Assembly: GCA_038877255.1 (NCBI GenBank)
Contig: JAVYWZ010000008.1
Span: 1 to 40,407 of the forward strand
Reading direction: 5' to 3'
DNA from: Candidatus Micrarchaeaceae archaeon
GTDB lineage: Archaea > Micrarchaeota > Micrarchaeia > Micrarchaeales > CABMGC01
DNA length: 40,407 bases
Made by a program: the position numbers and the translations under genes. Below the pieces are notes generated by a model, which was given only the letters and a program-made list of their open reading frames with translations, had not been told where the DNA came from and did no database searches. Below, piece by piece: positions 17,641 to 27,472 of this stretch (position 1 is the stretch's first letter; the number at the start of each line of letters is the position of its first letter).

Positions 17641-18219
17641 TTATTGGCGCATAACGCTGCGCAGTGGCGCCGCAATTTCTGGTTTCTTTAAAATCGCATA
17701 GATAAATTCCAATACGTTGCCGTTGTATCTGTACAGCGCTTTTTCTACCGCAAGGCACTGTGCCCTTGCGCCATCTGCATTTTCTTGGTCTGCTGCGTAA
17801 TACGTTAGGTATTCAATTACGTCTTCTTTACTGGGTTTCTCATTGCCAGAAAGCTTGTTCGCGGTGTAAGAGCCCATAAGCTCTGCTATGCCTTCCTCAA
17901 AATTCATGTTGCTCAAATAGTCGTGCTGCACTATGTGGCTCAGTTCGTGGCCGAGCGTGCAGTCGATCTCAAAGATGTTCAAGTACATGCTTGAGAAATA
18001 TGGCAACACGATACCTACTGTTCTGTTTTTAAAGTCGGCAAATCCTCCTACGCGCCATTCGTTTTCCTCAAATTCAAGCTTTACGTCATTCACGTCTTCA
18101 AAGCCCATGCGCACAAATAGCGACTTGCACCTTTCGAACTCGCTTCTGCATAGCTGTTCCAGCGCTTCTTTGCCATCTAGCGTTTGTTTTTCTTTTTTAT
18201 CCTGCAAACGGCTGTGCAT
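17641..18219 (-). CDS. Putative zincin (HEXXH) metallopeptidase, orphan
   Basis: GGFA, TLGHELSH, downstream FEEGIAE. Confidence 0.7.
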   Translation of the reverse strand: MHSRLQDKKEKQTLDGKEALEQLCRSEFERCKSLFVRMGFEDVNDVKLEFEENEWRVGGFADFKNRTVGIVLPYFSSMYLNIFEIDCTLGHELSHIVQHDYLSNMNFEEGIAELMGSYTANKLSGNEKPSKEDVIEYLTYYAADQENADGARAQCLAVEKALYRYNGNVLEFIYAILKKPEIAAPLRSVMRQ

Positions 18220-18339
18220 GCAACCATATACATAATTGGCGTGAAAATATTAATCTGACGCGTTATTGTTATTGGGCTTGCCTCATCTAAATCAATATTT
18301 TTCTATTTTGCAGGATTTGCATCTTGATTTTGTTTTTAT

Positions 18340-19542
18340 TTATAATTGGCGTTCGATGCTTTCTATGCGAGCAAGCTCATTTATTTTGGCTATTCGCTCT
18401 CCCCCTACGATCCCGCATTTTATGTACTCTGAACCCAATGCTACCGCAAGATGCGACATGAATGCATCAATCGTTTCTCCGCTCCTGTGAGAAACTACTG
18501 TTTTTATGCCGTGTGAATGCGCAAGCTCGACCGTTTCAAGAACATCACTTAGCGTACCGACCTGATTAACCTTTATGAGTATCGCAGTAGTAGCACCTTT
18601 GCTTATGCCATTGTCGAGCCTCTTCTTGTTTGTAGCGTAAATATCATCGCCAACAATCAGTGCTTGATCTTTTAACGCCTTAGTGATCTCAGCAAATCCT
18701 TCAGCATCATTGGAATCCATCGGGTCTTCCACATATGCAATTTTGTTGCGTTGTGCCAAATCCAAAAGAAAAGAAATGTATTCTTGCCGATCAAGTATTC
18801 TTTTGCCATTGTCAAAAACATAATTTCCGTTTTTGTAAAACTCGCTTGCAGCACAATCAATGCCTATGTTTGTGCCATTGCTTGAAGCTTGATCGCTTGC
18901 CAGCGCAAGCGCAGAAGAGTCGTCAAGTTTAGTGTTCCAAGCGTTTTCAATGTTAAGCCCTGTCGCTAAGTCCTTCGATTGCAAATAAGCGCCTATTGCG
19001 CTGTGTATCACTATATTCTTTTTTGCGTTTTCCATAACGCTGCCGCTCGAGGTTGCAAGAAGAATCTCTTGTATGCTCATCTTATTGTGCGAATGCACTC
19101 CGCCGCCAATCACGTTTCCAAGCAATCCAGGAATTTTCTTCTTGATGCCGAGCTTCTTTGTGAAGTTTTCGTATATGTATTGGTATAGCTCCAGATTCGC
19201 TTCAGCGGCGGCGAGCTTAGCCGCAGCTATTGAGATTGCAGTAGCGGCGTTGCCGCCTATTTTTGAAAAGTTTTCAGTGCCGTCTATTTCGTGCAGCATG
19301 CTATCTATTCCTTTTTGTTCCGGCTCCATTCCTACAAGCTTGCTTTTGTATTGCTTGAACTCCTCTACGCTCTTTTCTGCAGAATTGCCTGCAAATGGCA
19401 CTGCTTCATATTCGCTTCTACTTGTGCCGCTTGGAGCCATCGCTTCTGCACTATTGCCATTATTATCAAAAAGCCTTGCAGCAAGCGTTTCTTTGCCGCG
19501 CGAATCAAGAATAACCCGCAGCTCTGCATTTGTTATGTTCAT
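18340..19542 (-). CDS. eno: Enolase
   Basis: ILDSRG, PSGTS, NVIGGG.H, IQE, IDCAAS, EDP, VGDD, IKVNQ.GT, SHRSGET, GER..K.NEL. Confidence 0.96.
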   Translation of the reverse strand: MNITNAELRVILDSRGKETLAARLFDNNGNSAEAMAPSGTSRSEYEAVPFAGNSAEKSVEEFKQYKSKLVGMEPEQKGIDSMLHEIDGTENFSKIGGNAATAISIAAAKLAAAEANLELYQYIYENFTKKLGIKKKIPGLLGNVIGGGVHSHNKMSIQEILLATSSGSVMENAKKNIVIHSAIGAYLQSKDLATGLNIENAWNTKLDDSSALALASDQASSNGTNIGIDCAASEFYKNGNYVFDNGKRILDRQEYISFLLDLAQRNKIAYVEDPMDSNDAEGFAEITKALKDQALIVGDDIYATNKKRLDNGISKGATTAILIKVNQVGTLSDVLETVELAHSHGIKTVVSHRSGETIDAFMSHLAVALGSEYIKCGIVGGERIAKINELARIESIERQL

Positions 19543-19578
19543 GAAATGCACACACAATCAATCTCAACATTTTCCTTT

Positions 19579-20850
19579 TCAGCATTTATATTCTATTATC
19601 TTGCTTATTAGCTTTTTGCCTTCGAAAACGCCAAGGCTGCCGCTGCTTCCTATCTTTTCATTGTACTGCATTCCGTCTCCATCTTTGCACGATTTGTTGT
19701 AAATCATCACAGGCACAGGATCTGAAGAATGTGCCTTTAGTGCGCATGGCGTCGAATGGTCTGCAGTGACGCAGAGGGTGACATTATCATTAAGTATCTT
19801 ATTCAGGTTTGCGAAGAAACCTGTGTCTATTTCGGCAAGCCTCCTGCTCTTCTCTATGGCATCACCATCATGACCTGGCTCATCTGGCCCTTTTATGTGC
19901 ACATACATGAACTCGCAAGCATTTGCATTTGCCAAAACAAGCCTTGCAAGTTCAGCGTACGCTTTGATGCTATTTTTGCCTTTGTTTTTTGCATGCGTTG
20001 AGCTAATCCTTTTCATGCCAAGCAGTCTCGCTATTCCCGTCTCAACAGGCATCTCTGTTATAAAGGCGAATTTCATGCCAAACTTCTTGCTTATTGGCTT
20101 TACATTGGGCAGGCCTACGCCCGCATCGCGTATAAGAAGCGCATTTGCCTCAAGCATATGCCTATTCCTTCTTTTTTCATTTACCTTATTGCTTGCAAGC
20201 TTCGTTATCACTTTTTCTATGAACTCATTGAGAAGATGCGCTGTGAATCTTGCGCTGATTGACTTGTCAAATGGCCTTATTACGGGCATCTTGTTTGAAG
20301 CATTGCTTACAGCTATGGAGATGCTTCCTTTTCTTACATAGCCTATGTCGCCATTTGAGACGTTTGCGGATAAGTTAATGCCTTTCGGGTAGAACGCCAC
20401 TACGCCCCTGTGGCCTACTGTTGCCTTGAACTTGAATTTCACATTTTCATTTAGCCTTATGCTGTTTATCGACTTTTCAAGCTCCTTCGCTTCGCTTTGC
20501 AGTACGTTGCGGCCTGCGCGTCTGTCTATTATGTTCCTGTTTCTGTCTATCGTAGCGAAGTTGGCGCGAAGCGCAAGAGTGTTAGAGTATATCTTCAGTC
20601 CGCTTCCAAGCGCCTCGAGAGGCCCCCTGCCAGTATAATGCTTTACATCATAGCTCAACAATGAAAACACCGCAGAATCGGATTCAGGCGCTATGCCTTT
20701 AGCAACAGTGTACATGCTGCCCATGCTTGCATATCTTGCAAGTTTGTTGAGGTTGTGCATTTTTGCATGTTCAAGCGGCGTTTCATTCCCAATTGTAGGA
20801 TTTGGTCTATCCGGTGCGCCATCGAGCACAACCAACAGATATTTTAGCAT
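19579..20850 (-). CDS. apgM: Archaeal 2,3-BPG-independent phosphoglycerate mutase
   Basis: LDG..DRP, TPLE.A, PESD, GRGPLEA, HIKGPDEPGHDG, TADHSTP, HS.DPVP. Confidence 0.95.
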   Translation of the reverse strand: MLKYLLVVLDGAPDRPNPTIGNETPLEHAKMHNLNKLARYASMGSMYTVAKGIAPESDSAVFSLLSYDVKHYTGRGPLEALGSGLKIYSNTLALRANFATIDRNRNIIDRRAGRNVLQSEAKELEKSINSIRLNENVKFKFKATVGHRGVVAFYPKGINLSANVSNGDIGYVRKGSISIAVSNASNKMPVIRPFDKSISARFTAHLLNEFIEKVITKLASNKVNEKRRNRHMLEANALLIRDAGVGLPNVKPISKKFGMKFAFITEMPVETGIARLLGMKRISSTHAKNKGKNSIKAYAELARLVLANANACEFMYVHIKGPDEPGHDGDAIEKSRRLAEIDTGFFANLNKILNDNVTLCVTADHSTPCALKAHSSDPVPVMIYNKSCKDGDGMQYNEKIGSSGSLGVFEGKKLISKIIEYKC

Positions 20851-20855
20851 CAGCA

Positions 20856-22385
20856 CTACCTCTCAAGAATAAACTGCTCTTGTATATTTTTTATTTTTAT
20901 ATGGCGTATTAGCATCTTATTCGTATTGCCGATTATTACCGGCTGATTTTCATGCACATATTTTATTGCGCTAGACAGCAGCGGCGCACTTTCAGAATAG
21001 AGAGTGAAAAGTAAATCGCCTTTTTTTACTTTATCAAATAGCTTTTTGGCAAGCACCAATGCTGCTTGCTTGTTGCTTGGCGCGCCAGCAAGCTTTACTG
21101 CATTCGCTATTGCTATGTTGTCAAAGCCTAGCACAGTGCCGTCGCGTTCTGCATAGATGCTTTCTTCATGTTCGCCTAATCTTATATCTCCAGCTTTCAC
21201 TTTGGGATCACCTCCCTGTTCTTCTATTATCTGTCTAAGCTTCTTTTCAGCCAGACCTTTTTCTATTATTGATTTTGCAAGCTGTTTGCCGTTTTTCTTG
21301 CCTGCCATGCCTAACAATATGCCTGCTATGCTTGTCGCTTTGTCTATAAGGTCAATGGCCTTCGTTCTTCCAGTTATTGCCTCAAGCACTTCCTTGGCTT
21401 CTGCTGCAGCACCTACGTTGTAGCCTATTGGCTGCGTTCCGTTTGTCAGTGCCCCTTCTATTTTTATGCCGAGCTTTTTGCCAATGACATTAAATTCCTT
21501 TATCAGCGTCATTCCCTCTTGGTTATTTTTAATCTTCATAGTGGCACCTACAGGCACATCTAGTACCATATCTGTCGCACCTACTGCTTTTTTCTTTGAA
21601 ATTATCGAAGGCAGCATAAGGGGATCTATCGAGAACGGGTATTCGATCTTGACAAATATATCATCTGCAGGAGCGAGATGCACAGCCCCACCCCAGACCA
21701 AACAGCCATTTGTCTTTTCAACAACGCGCTTCACCTCATTAACATCAAGTGCAACTGGCATAAGGACCTCAGCTCGGTCTGCAGTGCCTGCCGCAGAGGT
21801 TATCGCCCTTGATGAAGTCTTTGGGATTGTTAAGCCTGCTGCGGCAACTATTGGCACAACAAGCATCGATGTTTTATCTCCGGGCACGCCGCCAATCGAG
21901 TGCTTATCAAAAATTCTTTTCCTGTTAAGTTTCAGCGTTTCTCCAGTTTTTACCATCGCTTCAGAGATATACGCCGCTTCCTCCAAGTCTATAGGATATT
22001 CATGCAAGCTTATCACAAAAGCAGTTATTTCCTCTTTGTCTAGCCTTTTTGTTACGGTGTCTTTCACTATTTCATATGCGCTTTGTGCATCAAGTCGCAC
22101 ATTATTGAGTCTATTTCTTATACTGATAAGTGACTTTGGCATCGGCATTGTAATTAGTGTAACATCGGTTCCGTCTTTAACTATTAATTCGCTTCGCATG
22201 TCCTTTGTGAATCCTATTGTGCCTTTTTTCATCGCCTCGCTTATGTTTACTATAGCAATCCCTGTTTTGTTGCTTGATCTAACAATTACCCTGTCGCCTG
22301 CATGTATGCCTTGGCTCATTGCGTCTGCCGCGTTTATTAAAACAACGAGTGCCCCGGTTTCTATATCTACATTTTTTACGCGCAT
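20856..22385 (-). CDS. deoA: AMP phosphorylase
   Basis: DKHSIGGVPG.KT, PKTSSRAITSAAGTAD..E, LAPADD, IISKK, N-terminal extension typical of archaeal AMPpase. Confidence 0.95.
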   Translation of the reverse strand: MRVKNVDIETGALVVLINAADAMSQGIHAGDRVIVRSSNKTGIAIVNISEAMKKGTIGFTKDMRSELIVKDGTDVTLITMPMPKSLISIRNRLNNVRLDAQSAYEIVKDTVTKRLDKEEITAFVISLHEYPIDLEEAAYISEAMVKTGETLKLNRKRIFDKHSIGGVPGDKTSMLVVPIVAAAGLTIPKTSSRAITSAAGTADRAEVLMPVALDVNEVKRVVEKTNGCLVWGGAVHLAPADDIFVKIEYPFSIDPLMLPSIISKKKAVGATDMVLDVPVGATMKIKNNQEGMTLIKEFNVIGKKLGIKIEGALTNGTQPIGYNVGAAAEAKEVLEAITGRTKAIDLIDKATSIAGILLGMAGKKNGKQLAKSIIEKGLAEKKLRQIIEEQGGDPKVKAGDIRLGEHEESIYAERDGTVLGFDNIAIANAVKLAGAPSNKQAALVLAKKLFDKVKKGDLLFTLYSESAPLLSSAIKYVHENQPVIIGNTNKMLIRHIKIKNIQEQFILER

Positions 22386-22397
22386 AAAACTACCATA

Positions 22398-23690
22398 TTA
22401 CACAGGCTTGAAGCTACCCCAATATGCAACTGCTTCGCGCAGTTCTTTGTGCGTCTTTGCATATTCTTCAAGCTCTACTCCTTCAATTGTTGCATCTATG
22501 GCCTGCCTCATTGCCATTGCTCCAGACTTAACACCTTTAGGATGGCCATCAATGCCACCGCCTGCCTGTATTGCTATCTCTTTTCCTAGCAGCTTCATCA
22601 CATATGGCACAAGGCCAGGATGCAATCCGCCTGAAGAGACAGGCACAACTGCTTTTATGCCAGTCCACTCTTCAGTGAGCACATCTTTGTGCGCCTTTAC
22701 GTTTGTGAGCGTGATCTCATCATCGAGATCCACTACTTCTTTTTTAGATGCAGCAAGCTTGCCGACAACAGTGCCTATATGCAATTGATCAACACCTATC
22801 AGGCGCGCTAGCTTAGCCACTAAGAGCATTGACATACCGTGCCTTTGATTTCTAGTAAATGCCGCATGGAACGCTCTATGCGCATGCAATGCCAATCCAA
22901 GGTCTTCGCACTCGTCGCGCATTGTCTGCAAGGCTGACCATCCTGAAGTAAGTATGTCAATCATTATATACTCGCCGCCCAAGTCCTTGACAAGCTTTGC
23001 CCTACGTATCATCTCTTTTGTCTCTGCAGTTATGTTTGCGAGATAGCTTTTTTTCTCTCCAGTTACCTTTTCAGCGTAGTCGCGGTACTTGAACATAAGC
23101 CTCATGCGGTTATCAAATCTGTTGAAGCTTTGGCTCGTAAGGTTTTCGTCATCTTTGAGCAGGTCAACGCCGCCAAGCCATGCATTCTTGGCCACATCGC
23201 AGTGCTCTGCAGTGGTCATTCCCACTTTTGGCTTTGGCACGTGTGCGAGAATCGGCCTCCGCTTCTTAATCTTGAAGATTTTGTCGTATACTCCATCTAT
23301 GCCGAACTGTGGCCCTTTGAAATGCCTTGCATATTCTCTTGGAAATGAGATGTCTTCGAGCCTGAGATTTTTAATGGCTTTCATGCCAAAGATGTTGCCT
23401 GCAACTGAACTCATAAGCTGCGGGATGTTGCCCATCTCAAACAATTCGATTGGATATGCTACTTTGACGTAATTCCCTTTTATTGAATATGCGCGTGCGC
23501 GTATGCGCCTTATATGTTCTTTCAGGGTTGTGAGCTCGGCCCATGTACCATTGCTGCTTTCGCTCGCTATTCTACCTATTGCTTCCTTCATTGAAATGCC
23601 TTTTGCAGGCTCTACCCTGAAAAGGCAGACTAGGTCGCTCTCCGTTGGCTTATACCCAAAATCAATAAAATCCGCATATGGGTCTTGCAT
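22398..23690 (-). CDS. rbcL: RuBisCO large subunit, form III
   Basis: ESSNGTW, AGNIFGMK, PKPK, GGVDLLKDDE, HAHRAFH, HIGTVVGKL, SSGGLHPG, QAGGG. Confidence 0.97.
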   Translation of the reverse strand: MQDPYADFIDFGYKPTESDLVCLFRVEPAKGISMKEAIGRIASESSNGTWAELTTLKEHIRRIRARAYSIKGNYVKVAYPIELFEMGNIPQLMSSVAGNIFGMKAIKNLRLEDISFPREYARHFKGPQFGIDGVYDKIFKIKKRRPILAHVPKPKVGMTTAEHCDVAKNAWLGGVDLLKDDENLTSQSFNRFDNRMRLMFKYRDYAEKVTGEKKSYLANITAETKEMIRRAKLVKDLGGEYIMIDILTSGWSALQTMRDECEDLGLALHAHRAFHAAFTRNQRHGMSMLLVAKLARLIGVDQLHIGTVVGKLAASKKEVVDLDDEITLTNVKAHKDVLTEEWTGIKAVVPVSSGGLHPGLVPYVMKLLGKEIAIQAGGGIDGHPKGVKSGAMAMRQAIDATIEGVELEEYAKTHKELREAVAYWGSFKPV

Positions 23691-23712
23691 TGTATCACTC
23701 AACAAAATGTGA

Positions 23713-24543
23713 TTAGGTTCTCCGTAGCCACGGATAAGCGGCTACGATCTTATCAAGCAACTCAGAGTATGGCAGCACTCCGAGCTCAGTAATCATAGAG
23801 GCAATGTATTCGCTTGGCACAAAATCAAAAACGTTGTTGACAACCTTGACCCCTTTTGGCTTGTCAGGCCAAACCTCACTGGTGCTCCTTTCTTCTATTT
23901 TTTCTAGACGGCCCCATCTTGTAATCGGATCAAACTTCAATGAATGGCTTGCCACATATACTGGCACTTCGAGTTCACTTGCAAGTTTTGCGAACATGCG
24001 CGATCCTATCTTGTTTACTATGCCGCCATATACAGTAATGGCATCAGAGCCGATAAGCATAAGGTCTGCGTTTTTTATTGCGCTAAGCGCTGCAGAGTCT
24101 ACAAACAGCGTTACTTTTATGCCGTGAGATGCGAGGTTTCTAGCAGTAATTCTGCCCTGGTAATCTGGTCTTGTTTCGGTTGCATTGACCTCAAACTTTT
24201 TGCCAATGTTTTTCGCATGCTCAAGTATCGCTTCTACTGTAGATGAATGGCAATGAGTATAAACTATGCCATTGTTAGGTATCATTCCACTGCCATACGC
24301 GGCTATTTTGTCTGTTCCGTCATTTATCTGCTTTTTGATGCTGATCGGGTCGCCTCCATTATTTAGATAGTGAAGCACGTTCCTAAGCATCGGTTCGGTA
24401 GGCCTTGTGCGCCTTAATATGGCACTCGCTTTTGCCTTGTCCTTGGAAATCGACCATGCGTCTATTGCTGCTTTGGCCACATTTTCCGCACCTTGTATTT
24501 TCAAAGACTTTATATCCTTGACAATGCGCTCAAAAGGTTCCAT
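23713..24543 (-). CDS. Ribose-1,5-bisphosphate isomerase (eIF2B-like)
   Basis: IQGA, RPTEP, THCHS (catalytic Cys), TETRP..QG, GSDAI (catalytic Asp), NKIG, FD..P. Confidence 0.9.
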   Translation of the reverse strand: MEPFERIVKDIKSLKIQGAENVAKAAIDAWSISKDKAKASAILRRTRPTEPMLRNVLHYLNNGGDPISIKKQINDGTDKIAAYGSGMIPNNGIVYTHCHSSTVEAILEHAKNIGKKFEVNATETRPDYQGRITARNLASHGIKVTLFVDSAALSAIKNADLMLIGSDAITVYGGIVNKIGSRMFAKLASELEVPVYVASHSLKFDPITRWGRLEKIEERSTSEVWPDKPKGVKVVNNVFDFVPSEYIASMITELGVLPYSELLDKIVAAYPWLRRT

Positions 24544-24628
24544 GCAACGCCGTAGTATGCATTTAGATAGATAAAAATAAAAATGCGCGCAACATCTAAA
24601 AGAATCGCTTGCAGATCAAGTAAACAGC

Positions 24629-24651
24629 AAAATTAGTATTATGCTAATTTT
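24629..24651. promoter_or_regulatory. DtxR/MntR-type operator
   Basis: AAAATTAG-TATTATG-CTAATTTT (TTAG-N7-CTAA) just upstream of TATA TTAAATA (24663) of the DtxR gene. Confidence 0.75.
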
Positions 24652-24697
24652 ATTAGTAAATATTAAATATCTGAATGCTTATAATATAATGGATTGC

Positions 24698-25099
24698 ATG
24701 AAAATTACGGAAAAGGAGAGAGACTGTTTATTCGCTGCCGTAGGCCTGTCTTCTGATTTTCCTTCAAGGCTAAATCAGATAGCAAAAGAACTCAATATTA
24801 AACCTTCTACTGCACTTTCGCTGCTAAAGCGCATGGAGGTCAAAGGATTGGTAAAAGAGGCAAAGGGAAATGTTATACTAACCGATTACGGAAGAAAATC
24901 ATACAAAGGCATCATGCTTGCGCACAGGAGCCTAGAAACGCTATTCTGCAGAATGGGCATTCCTGTAAGTTATGCCTGCGGTGAGGCAAAGAAGATAGAT
25001 TATTTGATTGGTCCGACGTACGCAAGAAAATTATGGAATTTTCTTGGCAAGCCTAAAAACTGCCCGCACGGAAAACCTGTAATTGTTGGCATAGCTTGA
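24698..25099 (+). CDS. DtxR/MntR-family metal-dependent repressor (short, no FeoA domain)
   Basis: IAKELNIKPSTA..LLKRME.KGLV, LT..G, HR.LE, P..CPHG. Confidence 0.9.
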   Translation: MKITEKERDCLFAAVGLSSDFPSRLNQIAKELNIKPSTALSLLKRMEVKGLVKEAKGNVILTDYGRKSYKGIMLAHRSLETLFCRMGIPVSYACGEAKKIDYLIGPTYARKLWNFLGKPKNCPHGKPVIVGIA

Positions 25100-25103
25100 T
25101 TGC

Positions 25104-26069
25104 GTGATATTTTCATTTATAGAAATTAACTTGTGGAATCCAACCAATGTGCCGTTTTTGCTAGCCTTGCTTCTTTCGTTTCTGCTTGGTTTGGTTCACG
25201 GCATAACGCCTGACGAGCATACGTGGCCTATAACCTTCTCTTATGCTGTAGGCAGTTACAGTACAAAGAAAGGCATGAAAGCAGGTATGATCTTCTCCAG
25301 TGGCTTTACCCTGCAGCGTGCGGTAATCTCTGAATTGGCGTATCTTGCGCTTGCCGCGATTTTTACTACCTCTCTGGCATTTGGCCTTACTTACGTTGCT
25401 GTAGGCATAGCGATGGCAGCCGCAGGCTACTACCTTTCTAGAAAAAGTGTTTACTTTCATTGGCACTACATTGAAGAAAAACTGGGGCAGTGGCTAGGCA
25501 TCCACAAAAAGGGCAGTAAGCAACAGAAAGAAGAGTTTGAGCACAAGGTTAATCCGCTTTCTTCTAATGACGCAGCGCCGCAATTGCGCGATGTGCCACT
25601 AAGGCTTGCCTTTGTTCACGGTCTTATTGCAGGTTTCGGCTTTGGCGCATTTGCGCTGATACTTTATACAGTAATGTCACCAGCAATGCCAAACGCATAT
25701 CTCGGATGGCTTCCAGGTGCCTTGTTTGGTCTAGGAACTATGGCGATGCAGATACTATTTGGCGCTTTCTTCGGCACGTTTCTTACAAAAAGCAAAAAGC
25801 TTACGAGCGAAGGCGTTGCATTTGTGTCAAAATACATAAGCAAAAATGTGCTATACTATGGGGGCATCGCATTCGTGGTTGCTGGCCTTATAATACTCGC
25901 CTTTCCGAATATACTTAATCTTGGAATAAATACAGGTATCAAAATACACAATCTTGACAATTTAAACATAGGCTTCTTTTTAGTGATCCTAGTAGTCGGT
26001 GTAATAGGCATAGTTTCATACCTGCTTGGTATAAAGAAAGCGCAACGACTTTACACGAAAACTGGCTAA
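25104..26069 (+). CDS. NiCoT/RcnA/UreH-like metal transporter membrane protein
   Basis: LGLVHGITPDEH signature in TM1, second HG..AG motif, 7-8 TM; follows DtxR by 4 nt. Confidence 0.7.
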   Translation: MIFSFIEINLWNPTNVPFLLALLLSFLLGLVHGITPDEHTWPITFSYAVGSYSTKKGMKAGMIFSSGFTLQRAVISELAYLALAAIFTTSLAFGLTYVAVGIAMAAAGYYLSRKSVYFHWHYIEEKLGQWLGIHKKGSKQQKEEFEHKVNPLSSNDAAPQLRDVPLRLAFVHGLIAGFGFGAFALILYTVMSPAMPNAYLGWLPGALFGLGTMAMQILFGAFFGTFLTKSKKLTSEGVAFVSKYISKNVLYYGGIAFVVAGLIILAFPNILNLGINTGIKIHNLDNLNIGFFLVILVVGVIGIVSYLLGIKKAQRLYTKTG

Positions 26070-26225
26070 CAAATTGCAATATTGAATGTGCACTGCTGAT
26101 CCTGCTGCAATTAAAAAGCTCGGCTTGTTTACTATCTGCCTGCTTACATTTTAAGTGTAGTTTAGTGAGTTTACGTTCTCTTCGCATACCTTTTTATTTT
26201 GATTAACCAAATATTGCTTGTTTGT

Positions 26226-27392
26226 ATGTCTAGCATAAAAAGTGAACTTGAGTCAGAGGGTTTGCTGTTTCCAAATTTCAGAAACAGCAACATTGAATTG
26301 GCGAAGCAACTTGCAAAGGGTACTGGATCAATGATTGGCAGGCACAAGAAAAAGCGGTTCTTTCTAGTAATAGACGCCTTGGGCTATGATTTGCTATTGC
26401 GCGCACTGGATAAAAGCAAGGTGTTGCGCGATGCTTTTTCTTTGGCAAGCATAGAAAAGATAAGTACTGTTTTCCCTTCTTTTACGCCGACTGTGTTTAC
26501 CAGCATAGATTCGGGGTTAACACCAGCAGAGCATGGCATAGTTGGCAGCCCATTGCCAATAAAAGAGTACGGCACGTTTCAAGACGTTTTTTCATTAAGA
26601 TGGTGGCCTTCATCCGAAGAGTTTAAAGGCGAATCAAACGCGCCGCCAATATTTCCCAGCCCTAAAACTGTTTTACAAATGGCGCAAAACAGAGGCTTCT
26701 GTTATTTGCAAGATGAAGACATAATAAAGAAAAATAAAGACTCTGATGCATTCAAGCGCATAAAATCATTTGCTTATATTTCGCCAGACGATTTTATAAT
26801 TCAGGCGAAGAGCTTGCTAAAAGAATATAGCTTGGTATATGCATATCAGGGTTATGTAGATCATGCCCAGCATATTTACACAAAAGACACCGATCACGGC
26901 TTTGAGGTAATAGTCTGGGGCTTGGAGAGGCTCGCAGAGAAGCTTGTGCCATACCTAAAAGAGCAGGGCTGGGAGCTTGTAATAACATCAGACCATGGTC
27001 AAATCTCAACGTCGAAAAAGGATTTCACAGTACTGAATTCAAAGTCTAAGCTGATTAGGTATCTTAGTGCACCTCCTTGGGGTACTGAAAGCCTAAACTT
27101 CTTTCAAGTTAACGAGGCAGACAGTGCAAAGTTCGAGAAGCAATTTGAAAGCACATGCGGCAAGAAATTCTTATTGTATGATTCTGAAGAGGCGATAAAG
27201 TCTGGACTGTTCGGAAAGGCCAGAATAAAAGAAGGCTTAAGGTACAGGTTTGGTACACACGTAGCAGTTTCAAAAGGAAGATGGCAATTGAAATACCTTA
27301 AACCTGGCGTTCAGCTTCCAGAATTCAAAATACATGGTCATCATGGAGGTTTGACAAAAGAAGAAATGGAAATTCCACTTCTTATTCTATAA
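26226..27392 (+). CDS. Alkaline-phosphatase-superfamily nucleotide pyrophosphatase/phosphodiesterase
   Basis: VIDALG, STVFPS.T, G.TP.EHG, DH..H, TSDHGQ, GHHGG. Confidence 0.85.
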   Translation: MSSIKSELESEGLLFPNFRNSNIELAKQLAKGTGSMIGRHKKKRFFLVIDALGYDLLLRALDKSKVLRDAFSLASIEKISTVFPSFTPTVFTSIDSGLTPAEHGIVGSPLPIKEYGTFQDVFSLRWWPSSEEFKGESNAPPIFPSPKTVLQMAQNRGFCYLQDEDIIKKNKDSDAFKRIKSFAYISPDDFIIQAKSLLKEYSLVYAYQGYVDHAQHIYTKDTDHGFEVIVWGLERLAEKLVPYLKEQGWELVITSDHGQISTSKKDFTVLNSKSKLIRYLSAPPWGTESLNFFQVNEADSAKFEKQFESTCGKKFLLYDSEEAIKSGLFGKARIKEGLRYRFGTHVAVSKGRWQLKYLKPGVQLPEFKIHGHHGGLTKEEMEIPLLIL

Positions 27393-27409
27393 TGCCAGAC
27401 ATTGCTTAT

Positions 27410-27433
27410 AAAAGCGAAATAAAAAGCGAAATA
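27410..27433 (+). promoter_or_regulatory. 12-bp tandem direct repeat upstream of the TATA of the HTH-TM gene
   Basis: AAAAGCGAAATA twice, followed by TATAAATA at 27443-27450. Confidence 0.55.
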
Positions 27434-27472
27434 TACAAAACATATAAATAAGTTGTTCACTAATGATTATGC

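Noticed and set aside
21466..22788. 440-aa plus-strand ORF
   Set aside because: Antisense shadow of AMP phosphorylase and rbcL with no recognisable motifs
22398..23690. RuBisCO-like protein (form IV) or Calvin cycle
   Set aside because: Catalytic motifs and AMP-pathway neighbours indicate form III; no phosphoribulokinase in the window
25939..26187. 82-aa minus-strand ORF
   Set aside because: Overlaps the transporter 3' end antisense; no supporting features
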